A stretch of 52,235 nt of DNA, taken from positions 1 through 52,235 of the forward strand of contig DATDWZ010000014.1 of the NCBI GenBank assembly GCA_036517295.1, written 5' to 3'. This stretch comes from Minisyncoccota bacterium. GTDB taxonomy: Bacteria > Patescibacteriota > Minisyncoccia > Phycocordibacterales > DATDWN01. The notes beneath the pieces are model-generated. The model was not told the DNA's origin and searched no databases. It was given only the letters and a program-made list of their open reading frames with translations. The position numbers and the translations under genes are program-made. The first letter of the stretch is position 1. Each line of letters starts with the position of its first letter. Of this stretch, positions 18,053-27,532 are shown one piece after another.

Positions 18053-20743
18053 CTATACTTTTAACAGTGTTCTTCTGCGATAAACATATTTCCTTATTTC
18101 CTCCACAAAAACTATAGAAGTTGCAACTAGTAAGATTATTAACCATTCTGAAAATTCAAGTGGAACAGTACGAAGAATTTTTTGTAAAAATGGTGTGTAG
18201 ACGGCAGCAATTTGAAGTAGGATTACGATTACAGTTGCTCCAACTAAATATATATTTGAAAACCAATTCATACTAAAAATGGACTTGCTTTCTGAGCGAC
18301 AATTCCACGCATTGAACCATTGGAATACAGCCAAAACAGTGAGAGATATTGTCCATGCTTTAGCAATATCAGTTTCAAAGTATTGACCAAACAAAAATAA
18401 AGTTCCCAACATCATAGGTAATGCCATAACTATCATTCTCTGAACCATGAGTGAGTCAACGATGTATTTTTTAGGACGTTCGAATGTTCCAGATAACAAA
18501 CCATTCTCTTTTGGTTCCATAGCCAAAGCCACATCAAGAAATCCGTCAGTTACAAAGTTAAGCCAGATGATTTGAGCGGCGAGAATTGGTAAAGGATAGC
18601 CTATGAATAGAGCAACAGAAATTGTAAGAACTTCTCCTGTACTTGTTGAAAAGAGATACAAGATTACTTTTTTTATTGTTTTGTATATACTTCTACCTTC
18701 TTCAATTGCAGAGATTATACTTCCAAAATTATCATCCAGTAAAACTATGTCTGATGCCTCCTTTGCCACTTCTGTACCTATTTTACCCATTGACACGCCA
18801 AGATCAGCCGCAACAAGAGATGGTGCGTCATTAACTCCGTCTCCTGTCATAGCAACAATTTCTCCACGACTTTTGTATGCATTAATAATCTGCATCTTGT
18901 GTTCTGGAGTTACTCTGGCAAAAACTGTAGTATTTCCAAGCTTATCTGCAAGCTCAGTGTCGTACATACTCTCAATATCTTCTCCAGTTAAAACAATGTC
19001 TCCCTCTTGATATATACCAGCTTCTTTTGCAATAGCTGTAGCGGTTATTTTGTGATCACCTGTAATCATAACCACCCTAATACCAGCTTCTTTCGCACGA
19101 CTCATGGCGTCCGAGACTTCTGGTCTTAAAGTGTCCTGCATACCAAAAAAACCTACAAAAGAAAGTGAGTGAACTGACTCTGTTTTTAGTTGTCTTGGGG
19201 CATCGTTGCGAACTGCAACAGCAATAACACGAAGTCCTTGTTCTGACATATGAACAAACATTGCTTCTACCTCCTCTTTTTCTTTTGCTCTGAATGGGTG
19301 ATTTTCTCCATCACGTTTAATATGAGTACATAGAGATAGTAATACTTCTGGAGCGCCTACTACAGTCAAAAGATGGTCATTTTCTATTTGACTTACACTT
19401 GCGTGATATTTCAATTTATAATCAAAAGGAATTTCTGATATAAGTGGTGACTCCCGTAGAAGGTCGTCTTTGTGAAAACCTAGTTTTTCTCCAAATACCA
19501 AAATGGCTGCATCAGTTGGATCACCTGAAATACGCCAATTATTTGTTTCTTCTGCATATAGAAGTCGAGCATTTGCTACAAGTGAAGAAACTCTGCCGAG
19601 GTATAGTAACTCATTATTATTCGTTGGAGTTATAATTTCTTCGCCAAGTTTTATTTCTCCTTTTGGTTCATAGCCAATACCTCCAACTTCAAATATTCTG
19701 TCATTTATCCATGCTTTACGAATGACAAGTTCATTTTTAGTAAGTGTGCCTGTTTTATCAACCGCAATCACTCGTGCTTGTCCCAGAGCTTCTACCGCTT
19801 GAAGTTTTTTAACAAGTGCATTTCGTTTAGACATTCTCCATACACCTGTAGCAAGTACGAGTGTCATGACAATTGGCAGACCTTCTGGAATAATCGAGAC
19901 TGAAAGAGACACAACAGTTGTAAACATCACTTTAATAGAATGGCCAGAGAGAACACCGACAGTAAAAATGACTGAACCGATAAGAGCAACTGCAACAATA
20001 ATCGCTCGTGAGAGATAACGAATGTTTGCTTTGAGAGGAATTTCCGTATCAATTGTTGAGATCTGCTTCGCTATTCCACCTATTACCGTTGAAATACCTG
20101 TAGCTACAACTATTGCTCTACCATTACCTGAAACAATATTAGTTCCCTTAAAAACCATATTTTTCTGTTCTGCTGTTGCCAAATTATCACCACTCACAGC
20201 CTCAGTGATTTTATATATCGGCTCTGATTCTCCAGTAAGGGACGCTTCGTCTATTTTAAGACCTTGAGACGTAACAACTCGTGCATCAGCTGGGATTCTT
20301 TCTCCCTCTTGGAGAAGAATAATATCGCCTGGAATTACTTCACGATCAGGAATTATGTATTCTTTTCCATCTCGAAGAACGGTCGCATTTGTTTCAACAA
20401 ATTTCTTTAGAGCAAGAAGTGTATTCTGGGCTTTACCTTCTTGAATTACTCCAACAACTGCATTAAATAAAAGCACTGCCAGAATAATATAACTATCCAT
20501 TGTTTCTCCCATGAGAAAAATAACTGCACTTGCCACTAGAAGAATGTATATGAGTGGACTTTGGAATTGATTGAAAAATAGTCTCAACTTAGAATGAGGT
20601 TTTTCTTCTGGAAGACTATTTTGACCATATTGTTTGAGGCGGTCTTTCACCACATCAAGAGATAACCCCCGGTCAGAACTTTCAAGTTTATTAAATGTTT
20701 TCTCTAATGAAAAAGAGTGCCATGATTGTGACATAACATACAT
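18053..20743 (-). CDS. P-type cation-transporting ATPase (type IIA, Ca2+/Mg2+-like)
   Basis: DKTGTLT, TGES, MTGDGVNDAP; 10 TM segments. Confidence 0.95.
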   Translation of the reverse strand: MYVMSQSWHSFSLEKTFNKLESSDRGLSLDVVKDRLKQYGQNSLPEEKPHSKLRLFFNQFQSPLIYILLVASAVIFLMGETMDSYIILAVLLFNAVVGVIQEGKAQNTLLALKKFVETNATVLRDGKEYIIPDREVIPGDIILLQEGERIPADARVVTSQGLKIDEASLTGESEPIYKITEAVSGDNLATAEQKNMVFKGTNIVSGNGRAIVVATGISTVIGGIAKQISTIDTEIPLKANIRYLSRAIIVAVALIGSVIFTVGVLSGHSIKVMFTTVVSLSVSIIPEGLPIVMTLVLATGVWRMSKRNALVKKLQAVEALGQARVIAVDKTGTLTKNELVIRKAWINDRIFEVGGIGYEPKGEIKLGEEIITPTNNNELLYLGRVSSLVANARLLYAEETNNWRISGDPTDAAILVFGEKLGFHKDDLLRESPLISEIPFDYKLKYHASVSQIENDHLLTVVGAPEVLLSLCTHIKRDGENHPFRAKEKEEVEAMFVHMSEQGLRVIAVAVRNDAPRQLKTESVHSLSFVGFFGMQDTLRPEVSDAMSRAKEAGIRVVMITGDHKITATAIAKEAGIYQEGDIVLTGEDIESMYDTELADKLGNTTVFARVTPEHKMQIINAYKSRGEIVAMTGDGVNDAPSLVAADLGVSMGKIGTEVAKEASDIVLLDDNFGSIISAIEEGRSIYKTIKKVILYLFSTSTGEVLTISVALFIGYPLPILAAQIIWLNFVTDGFLDVALAMEPKENGLLSGTFERPKKYIVDSLMVQRMIVMALPMMLGTLFLFGQYFETDIAKAWTISLTVLAVFQWFNAWNCRSESKSIFSMNWFSNIYLVGATVIVILLQIAAVYTPFLQKILRTVPLEFSEWLIILLVATSIVFVEEIRKYVYRRRTLLKV

Positions 20744-20780
20744 TATATAGAAAATTGTCTATCTTTTCGACTATTGTTTC

Positions 20781-21314
20781 TTATTTAAATTTAAATGATT
20801 CATCCACGCCCCACTTCATATCACCCTCAAATCGAAATATGGTTACATTATCAAATGGAATTACAAAATTTGGCCTTTCAACTGTCGCCACATAATCCCA
20901 TATCATTTTAATTTCTTCTTCAGATACTCGGTTCATCAGTGTCGCGTGCGGATGCCAAAACGGAAAATTCTCCTGGGTCATTCCTGGAATCTCTTTTATT
21001 TTTCTTATCAATTCTTCCGCTGTAGTCCTTACTGAACTATCGGGTTCCGTCCTAGCAAATACGACCTTATCGTCAAAACGGTCAAAATCCGATATGGTAA
21101 AATTCCCGGAAACTTTTTTATCCGATATCCAGTTTTTTAAAAAACTTCTAGTGGGTTCAACATCTTCAATATCGGACAGATAAAATATTGTGATATGTGG
21201 TGGAAGTTTTTCGTAGATTTTCCATGTGTTAAACTTCTCAGAAATACTTTTAGCAAGGCTACTGTGCCACTTTGCTGCTTCTCCTTGAATTAAGTATCCA
21301 ATGAAATATTTCAT
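20781..21314 (-). CDS. 2H phosphoesterase (LigT / 2'-5' RNA ligase-like)
   Basis: Two HxT motifs (PPHITI, HPHATL). Confidence 0.65.
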   Translation of the reverse strand: MKYFIGYLIQGEAAKWHSSLAKSISEKFNTWKIYEKLPPHITIFYLSDIEDVEPTRSFLKNWISDKKVSGNFTISDFDRFDDKVVFARTEPDSSVRTTAEELIRKIKEIPGMTQENFPFWHPHATLMNRVSEEEIKMIWDYVATVERPNFVIPFDNVTIFRFEGDMKWGVDESFKFK

Positions 21315-21315
21315 T

Positions 21316-21389
21316 TGGCTGCGGGACTTGGAATCGAACCAAAATTTTCGCTTTCAGAGAGCGACGTGCTACCTTTACACCATCCCGCA
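21316..21389 (-). tRNA. tRNA-Gln(CUG), CCA encoded
   Basis: Hand-folded cloverleaf: acceptor TGCGGGA/TCCCGCA, anticodon stem TCGCT/AGCGA, loop CTCTGAA, T-loop TTCGATT. Confidence 0.85.
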
Positions 21390-21406
21390 ATGAATCTCAG
21401 AATAAC

Positions 21407-21446
21407 TCAAAAACCTCAATTTTACAAGAAAATTGAGGTTTTTGAG
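21407..21446 (-). terminator. Long perfect hairpin terminator
   Basis: ctcaaaaacctcaatttt-acaag-aaaattgaggtttttgag. Confidence 0.75.
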
Positions 21447-21465
21447 TCACACCTAAAATCTATAT

Positions 21466-22026
21466 TTATTGAAACTTAACGTATGTAGGCACAGCGAGCA
21501 TCTTTGGGTCTTTTATCCAATCACGACAATCCCAACCAACACTGTTTAGTCCTGAGCCTATGACGGCACCACTGGTTAAATCTTTAGGAATAACCGACGG
21601 AAGGTCTGCGATGGTTCTGATAGGAGTTACTTTGCCGGTTGATTTCCCCTCCTCCCATGTATACAAGTTGTTTGGGTTATATATCATCATAGTGAGAGTG
21701 GTATCGTTTGTAGAGGAAGTGCGGAATTCGCCTCTCATCTTGCCGTCCGCTATGTAAACAACATCTGTACTTCTGGTCGTCGGACTGACCGTTTCGTATT
21801 TACAGACGTGACTACCGGACTGAGTGAAAATTGCCGGAAACGTGTTAGTTTTATTGACGGAAGTCTGGGTAGAAGGCGACGTTGTCGTATCGCCGACATT
21901 ATCTACATTTTGCGTCGCTGTGGCCGAAGAGTCGGTCGGAGCGGGGTCTGTTGATGCGTAATAAATTGCCCAAGCGAGCACCAAAGCGCCTACTATCGCA
22001 ACAATAATCCAAGTTTGTTTACCCAT
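21466..22026 (-). CDS. Membrane-anchored/secreted protein, unknown function
   Basis: N-terminal TM segment, a Thr/Ser-rich linker and a globular C-terminal domain. Confidence 0.5.
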   Translation of the reverse strand: MGKQTWIIVAIVGALVLAWAIYYASTDPAPTDSSATATQNVDNVGDTTTSPSTQTSVNKTNTFPAIFTQSGSHVCKYETVSPTTRSTDVVYIADGKMRGEFRTSSTNDTTLTMMIYNPNNLYTWEEGKSTGKVTPIRTIADLPSVIPKDLTSGAVIGSGLNSVGWDCRDWIKDPKMLAVPTYVKFQ

Positions 22027-22098
22027 ATAATGATATTATCTAATAACTACCTTATAAGACGTACGAGAAAACGAAACATTTCACCTCTGAATTATAGG

Positions 22099-23748
22099 CT
22101 ATTTCCCTTTATTTTTTAAGCACGCCTCTACAAATGCATTAAACAAAGGATGTGGATGAAGCGGTCTGGCTTTGAACTCAGGATGAAACTGGGTACCGAG
22201 AAAAAACGGATGAACCGGTTTTGGCAGTTCGGCTATTTCCATAAGCCTGCCGTTGGGAGAAGTGCCCGAGAAAACCATCCCTGCTTTTTCTATCTCCCCT
22301 ATATATTCCGGACTTACTTCGTATCGATGACGGTGCCGTTCGGAAATTTTATTTGTTTTGTAAGCATTTTCGGCGATACTCCCCTTTTTCAATTTTGCTG
22401 GATAAGCCCCGAGTCGCATGGTAGCGCCATACCTACCTTCAGCCAACATTTCTTTCTGTTCCGGCATTATATCTATAATGACGTGCGAGGATTTCGGGTT
22501 TATTTCTGCGGTATTTGCATCTTTCCAACCCATGACGTTTCGACAAAACTCTATGACTGAAAGTTGCATACCGTAACAGAGACCGAGATACGGAATCTTA
22601 TTTTCTCTCCCATATTTAATGGCCTTTATAACCCCCTCTATACCGGACTTGCCGAACCCGCCAGGGACGATAATGCCGTCAAAACCTCCCAATTCTTTGA
22701 CTTTTCTCGGGTCAGATTCGTATTTTCTGGAACTTATCCATGTCAGTTTTATATTTGCCCCTTTCCAGTATGACGAAAACTTTATTGCTTCAATCACCGA
22801 CAGGTATGCATCGGACAACATGAAATCCCCTGTATCAAAATACTTTCCGACCACGGCCACTTTTAGATTTTTCTTAGCATTCTTTTTCTTCGACAACATA
22901 TTTCGCCATTCTTTCAAATCTTTTACGCGACTGTTGATTCCGAAATGGGCTAATACGATATCGCCGAGCCTATCTTTCTCGAAATTAACCGGAACATCAT
23001 AAATACTAGTGACATCAGGCGCCGAAATGACATTCTCGATGGGTACGCCAGTAGCAAAAGCGATTTTTTCTTTCCTTTTATGGTCCAAAGGTCGCTCCCC
23101 TCGTGCAATCATCACATCCGCGTTTATTCCGTAAGAGTTCAGTTGTCTTACCGCGTTCTGGGTCGGCTTAGTTTTCATTTCACCGAGATTTTTCGGCACG
23201 GGCAAGTAACTAACCATGACGAACATAACATCCTTCGGATATTTGAGTTTCAACATTCTGGCCGCTTCCAGAAATATAGCGTTCTGATACTCACCAATCG
23301 TTCCGCCGATTTCAAAAACGGTTATATCGGATTTTGTCTTTTGAACCGAAACTCTAATGCGTCTCAAAATTTCTTCGGTTATATGATAAACAGGCTCAAC
23401 GCATTTACCGTCATAACCCAGGGCGCGTTCCTTGTCTATAACATGCTTGAAAACCATTCCGTTTGTCATGTAGCTTTCGGTAAAAAGTGACTTATTGAGA
23501 AACCTCTCATAATTCCCCATATCCTGATCTGTCTCAAGTCCGGAATCCAAAACAAAAACCTCGCCATGCTCGGCGGGGTTCATTGTTCCTGCATCAACAT
23601 TGAGATATGGATCGCCTTTTATGAGGTTAACGACAAATCCCTTTGACTGAAGGATGAGTCCAATAGATGAAGTCGTTACTCCCTTGCCCACTCCAGACAT
23701 CACACCACCAACTACAAATATATATTTGTGACTGTTTTTCTGCTTCAT
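22099..23748 (-). CDS. pyrG: CTP synthase
   Basis: IFVVGGVMSGVGKG N-terminus and the GATase LGLCYGMQ motif. Confidence 0.97.
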   Translation of the reverse strand: MKQKNSHKYIFVVGGVMSGVGKGVTTSSIGLILQSKGFVVNLIKGDPYLNVDAGTMNPAEHGEVFVLDSGLETDQDMGNYERFLNKSLFTESYMTNGMVFKHVIDKERALGYDGKCVEPVYHITEEILRRIRVSVQKTKSDITVFEIGGTIGEYQNAIFLEAARMLKLKYPKDVMFVMVSYLPVPKNLGEMKTKPTQNAVRQLNSYGINADVMIARGERPLDHKRKEKIAFATGVPIENVISAPDVTSIYDVPVNFEKDRLGDIVLAHFGINSRVKDLKEWRNMLSKKKNAKKNLKVAVVGKYFDTGDFMLSDAYLSVIEAIKFSSYWKGANIKLTWISSRKYESDPRKVKELGGFDGIIVPGGFGKSGIEGVIKAIKYGRENKIPYLGLCYGMQLSVIEFCRNVMGWKDANTAEINPKSSHVIIDIMPEQKEMLAEGRYGATMRLGAYPAKLKKGSIAENAYKTNKISERHRHRYEVSPEYIGEIEKAGMVFSGTSPNGRLMEIAELPKPVHPFFLGTQFHPEFKARPLHPHPLFNAFVEACLKNKGK

Positions 23749-23830
23749 TACCTCCCATCATATACAAATATGCAAATGATGTAAATCGTCTAGATTTTTA
23801 ATATTGAAAATTGATTCATTGTAAATTCAA

Positions 23831-23859
23831 TGAAAATTGTAAATTGTAAATTGAAAATT
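23831..23859. repeat. R2 repeat, partial copy b (right arm)
   Basis: tgaaaattgtaaattgtaaattgaaaatt is near-identical to the right arm at 24892-24921 (2 substitutions) and similar to 3740-3769. Confidence 0.75.
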
Positions 23860-24787
23860 AAACCTTCAGATATTTGCGTACGGCCAAAAAGCTAGATATG
23901 GCGCCTATGGCCACTCCCGAGCCGACGATTATTAGGAAGATTTGGCCAAAATTCGCGGTGTAATAACGGAAAATGTTAAGGCCGACAAAAAACTGCTCCG
24001 TAGTAGAACCTAACCATATGGTGATTGGGTAAAAGAGTATTAGGGTCAATATAGCTGATATAAACCCGTATATAGCACCCGCCACGAAAAACGGCCCGCG
24101 GATATAGTTGGCTGAAGCGCCGACAAGACGCATGACGGATATTTCGTCCCGAGACATGTATATAACCAGCCGAAGAGTATTAAATGTAATGAGTATGGAA
24201 ATGATAATAAGAAAAAATGTCATTATAAACCCGAGCCGGTTTGCCGAGTTTATGATGTTTGTTAGGCGGTCAATCGCGTCTTTGTTTTGGTAATAGTTTA
24301 CTTTATCGATTATGCCGGTACCGCCAGTAGTAGCCGTAGTTTTGCTATCCAAAAAACGAGCGATGCTTGCATACTGTGACGGATCTTTGGCTTTTATGTT
24401 GAGTGTTGCTCCAAGAGGGTTTTGGTCCAGTTCGTCCAAGGCCTGCAATGTAAACTCGTCATTTTCGTGTCGTTTCTTGAACTCGGCCAAGGCATCCTCA
24501 CGAGAAACATAAACGACGGGAGGGGCGACTTCGACAAGTCCCTCCAAACTTTTTTTTACATCCATAACATCCGCCTCCTCGGCATTGGTGACGAAATAAA
24601 CATTTATATCAACTTTGTCTTTTATCTGTTGTAGTGTAGAGGTGAGAAGCGCTCCCGATAGTATAGTCGAACCTATGACAAAAAGAGTGACAATCATGAC
24701 CAGGATGGACGAAAGTGAAATAAAACCGTTACGCCAAAAACCGTAGAACCCGGAACGAATCACTCTTTTTACTTTTATCCACATCAT
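23858..24787 (-). CDS. ftsX: Cell division permease FtsX
   Basis: Four-TM FtsX topology with a large first periplasmic loop, downstream of ftsE. Confidence 0.85.
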   Translation of the reverse strand: MMWIKVKRVIRSGFYGFWRNGFISLSSILVMIVTLFVIGSTILSGALLTSTLQQIKDKVDINVYFVTNAEEADVMDVKKSLEGLVEVAPPVVYVSREDALAEFKKRHENDEFTLQALDELDQNPLGATLNIKAKDPSQYASIARFLDSKTTATTGGTGIIDKVNYYQNKDAIDRLTNIINSANRLGFIMTFFLIIISILITFNTLRLVIYMSRDEISVMRLVGASANYIRGPFFVAGAIYGFISAILTLILFYPITIWLGSTTEQFFVGLNIFRYYTANFGQIFLIIVGSGVAIGAISSFLAVRKYLKV

Positions 24788-24800
24788 AATGATTGCATTA

Positions 24801-24921
24801 AATTTTCAATTTCTAATTTTCAATTTTCAAACAAATTACCTAAAAATTCAACACTTCCCCCGTTTGATTCATTGTAACATTGTATCATTGATTGAAAATT
24901 GTAAATTGTAAATTGATAATT
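24801..24921. repeat. R2 repeat, full copy c, inserted between ftsE and ftsX
   Basis: Arms aattttcaatttctaattttcaattttca and ttgaaaattgtaaattgtaaattgataatt. It is followed by an 11-bp perfect hairpin acgttatttga-taacag-tcaaataacgt (24922-24949). Confidence 0.8.
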
Positions 24922-24938
24922 ACGTTATTTGATAACAG

Positions 24939-25619
24939 TCAAATAACGTACTTACCTTCTTTGTCGTCCCTAATTATCTTCCCATTCTCCATAGTGATAA
25001 CCCGACGTTTCAGAGAATCGATTACCCCTTTGTTATGTGTCGTCAATATAACCGTAGTCCCCAAGTCATTTATTTTTTTTAAAATTTGGACTATATCGTA
25101 TGTGTTCAAAGGGTCTAGGTTCCCCGTTGGCTCATCGGCTATGATAACGTCGGGCTGGTTGACGATAGCTCGAGCGATTGATACTCGTTGTTTCTCTCCT
25201 CCCGACAACTCGCCGGGGAAATTCCACATTTTTTTGCTCAAATCCACCAGTTCTAGAACGTGAGGAACATCGGCCTCTATCTCCTCGTCTGTCCGTCCGG
25301 CTGCTTCCATAGCAAAAGCGATGTTTTCGTAAACATTTCTGTCCGGAAGAAGCTTAAAATCCTGAAATACTACGCCGACCTTGCGACGAAACTCGTTAAT
25401 CTGCTTTTTATTCAGTTTATGTATATCTATAGACTCAAAGTAGACCTTGCCTTTGGTAGGACGCTCCTCGGCCAGTATCATTTTTATGAGAGTGGTCTTG
25501 CCTGCTCCGGAGTGGCCGACAATAGATACAAATTCCTTTGGCTCTATGGAAAATGAGACTTCTTCCAGAGCAACCGATTTATCCGTATAAATCTTTGTAA
25601 CCTTATCAAAATGAATCAT
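24939..25619 (-). CDS. ftsE: Cell division ATP-binding protein FtsE
   Basis: Walker [18 protein letters not shown] signature and Walker [12 protein letters not shown] 25619 is preferred over GTG 25631. Confidence 0.9.
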   Translation of the reverse strand: MIHFDKVTKIYTDKSVALEEVSFSIEPKEFVSIVGHSGAGKTTLIKMILAEERPTKGKVYFESIDIHKLNKKQINEFRRKVGVVFQDFKLLPDRNVYENIAFAMEAAGRTDEEIEADVPHVLELVDLSKKMWNFPGELSGGEKQRVSIARAIVNQPDVIIADEPTGNLDPLNTYDIVQILKKINDLGTTVILTTHNKGVIDSLKRRVITMENGKIIRDDKEGKYVI

Positions 25620-25624
25620 GTTTA

Positions 25625-25759
25625 TCCGCACACTAACTTAAGTATCGTTACTTGTGCTTTATTATTAAATATCTCAGCTTATAATCTTACGCCTATTGTA
25701 CCACAAGACAATCATATACGTAGTAACCATGAGCGCAATACTTAAGTTAGTGTGCGGAC
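25625..25759. repeat. Perfect 21-bp inverted repeat with 93-nt spacer
   Basis: tccgcacactaacttaagtat (25625-25645) is the exact reverse complement of atacttaagttagtgtgcgga (25739-25759). Confidence 0.9.
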
Positions 25760-25795
25760 AGGTTATACTGTATTAGACGTACAAGGGCAAAATAA

Positions 25796-26845
25796 TTACT
25801 GTTTATTTTTTATATGATATTCCAGTTTTCTACTGCGACAGTGAGATACCATACCAAGATATGAAATTAGAATACCTTGAAATTTGGTTGGGGAGATAAT
25901 TCCCGATTTGAGTTTTTTGCTGATCAGACTTATATTTTTAAGAACTCGCTTTTTTGTATGAGTCCTCAGCACAATCATATGAGGTAGCATGACATATCCT
26001 AGAAAATCGATTCCTTTCTTGACTGAGCGGACTTCTACTTTGTTAGGATGAAGTTCTAATCTAAGATTTTCATAAAGGAACTCCCTTATCCTTTCAATCA
26101 ATCCGGAAAGAGATTCTGAATCCTCGGAAACAATGATGAAATCGTCACAATACCTGAAATAGTATTTTATTTTCAACGTATGTTTTACAAATTGGTCCAA
26201 CTCGTTGAGGTAAATGTTGGCAAAGAGTTGACTTGTCACGTTGCCGAGAGGCAAACCTTTGCCTTTTTCCTTTTCAAAACTTCGGAAAAGTAGGTCTATA
26301 AGTTGCATCGTTTCATGACATGATACTTTTTTCTCTATGAGACTTCGCAATATAAAATGGTCTATTGAATCAAAAAACTTTCTAACATCACATTTCAAGA
26401 CATGTATTTTTCTTTTCCAATTCCTGCTTACTTTTCTACAGGCCACAAAAGACCGTTCCACACCGAGATGTGTTCCGTGTAAATCTCGCGACGAATACGA
26501 GTCATGTATAAAATGTTTATCAAAAATCGGATAAAGTAGGCGATATATCGCCTGATGTACAATACGGTCATAAACGCTTGCTTTGTGTATATGTCTGCGT
26601 TTTGGATCATAAACATAAAAAGCGGAGTATGGCCTATGATGATAATGTCTCGAGGTCAAATCTTCATACAATTGAAAAATATTATCCTCAAGATTCAGTT
26701 CAAATCTAGCCACATCTGCCTTTTTTCTTTTACCCTTCTTAAATTCTTTCCACGCTCCAAATAAATTTGATAGACTTATAATATTATGAAACAAATTCCC
26801 TTGAACGGTGCCCCCCCCCCGCAGCGATGTTGATATTTCCATCAT
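25796..26845 (-). CDS. Diversity-generating retroelement reverse transcriptase
   Basis: RT domains with the DGR-type motif LPLGNVTSQLFANIYL ([ILV]GxxxSQ) and the catalytic YCDD. It sits beside the Avd, TR and VR. Confidence 0.92.
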   Translation of the reverse strand: MMEISTSLRGGGTVQGNLFHNIISLSNLFGAWKEFKKGKRKKADVARFELNLEDNIFQLYEDLTSRHYHHRPYSAFYVYDPKRRHIHKASVYDRIVHQAIYRLLYPIFDKHFIHDSYSSRDLHGTHLGVERSFVACRKVSRNWKRKIHVLKCDVRKFFDSIDHFILRSLIEKKVSCHETMQLIDLLFRSFEKEKGKGLPLGNVTSQLFANIYLNELDQFVKHTLKIKYYFRYCDDFIIVSEDSESLSGLIERIREFLYENLRLELHPNKVEVRSVKKGIDFLGYVMLPHMIVLRTHTKKRVLKNISLISKKLKSGIISPTKFQGILISYLGMVSHCRSRKLEYHIKNKQ

Positions 26846-27182
26846 TCATAGTATTAAACAAGTATACACGATTATTTATCAGACAGGAAAAAAATTACCA
26901 AAAAGCGATAAATTAGGTATTCATGCTTACATTGAAGGCTTGGCTCGGAATATACTAGAGCTGCTTATTTCAGCAAGTTTTAGTTATAAAAACAAAAAAC
27001 CGGAAGTTTTGGAAAAGGCTAGGATACTTCTTGAGGTATTGAAACACTTTGTTAGGGTAGAGTACGAACTCCATATCATCGACGAAAAAGCCTATATAAG
27101 GATTGAGTCCGGTATTATAGAAACCTCAAAAATGACAAATGGTTGGATAAAATATCTTTCTCAACAAAATACCCCGACGTAG
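26808..27182 (+). CDS. avd: Avd-like accessory variability determinant (four-helix-bundle / 23S rRNA IVS protein family)
   Basis: About 124 aa, helical, with the pattern ...VYTIIYQTGKKLPKSDKLGIHAYIEGLARNILELL... typical of the family. The start is uncertain; GTG 26808 is the only canonical in-frame start. Confidence 0.72.
   Translation: MPPPRSDVDISIIHSIKQVYTIIYQTGKKLPKSDKLGIHAYIEGLARNILELLISASFSYKNKKPEVLEKARILLEVLKHFVRVEYELHIIDEKAYIRIESGIIETSKMTNGWIKYLSQQNTPT
26811..26820. repeat. C10/G10 homopolymer tract
   Basis: Ten consecutive C on the plus strand. It lies in RT codons 9-12 (RGGG) and avd ORF codons 2-5 (PPPR). Confidence 0.95.
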
Positions 27183-27204
27183 TCAGAGTATTTGTTAAAA
27201 CTTC

Positions 27205-27319
27205 TGGCGAAGACCGTTCGTCGGGTTCGCATTGTCGACGGTACACGCGTTCACGTAGACCCTCGAGGTGTTCGGGAGCCAGTACACGTAGGGGACGTTG
27301 CCATCTGTGTAGCGAGAAC
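27205..27319 (-). other. DGR template repeat (TR)
   Basis: 115 nt align to 27612-27726 at a constant offset of 407 with 17 mismatches, all at plus-strand T (= minus-strand A) in this copy. Confidence 0.92.
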
Positions 27320-27532
27320 AGTCTTTCTGTGAATTTTCTTCCGTTTCACCGATTCCCTGTTTCCAAGGTCTCTGGGTTATACCCTCAGGTGCGAGGCACT
27401 GTGTTGCATCATCACATCTAGAAAAATCTATGCATAAACACTCACAGGCAGTTTTATTTTTTGGCAAACTATTATGTTTTTTATAAAAAAATAAAAATAC
27501 ACTAGTTTAACAGCCAAATTTAGTATAAGAAA

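Noticed and set aside
27195-27467. 90-aa minus-strand ORF spanning the template repeat
   Set aside because: Its C-terminal half is just the TR read in the VR frame (Asn/Tyr/Thr-rich, as expected for an adenine-rich template). The N-terminal half has no support. I treat it as noncoding TR RNA.
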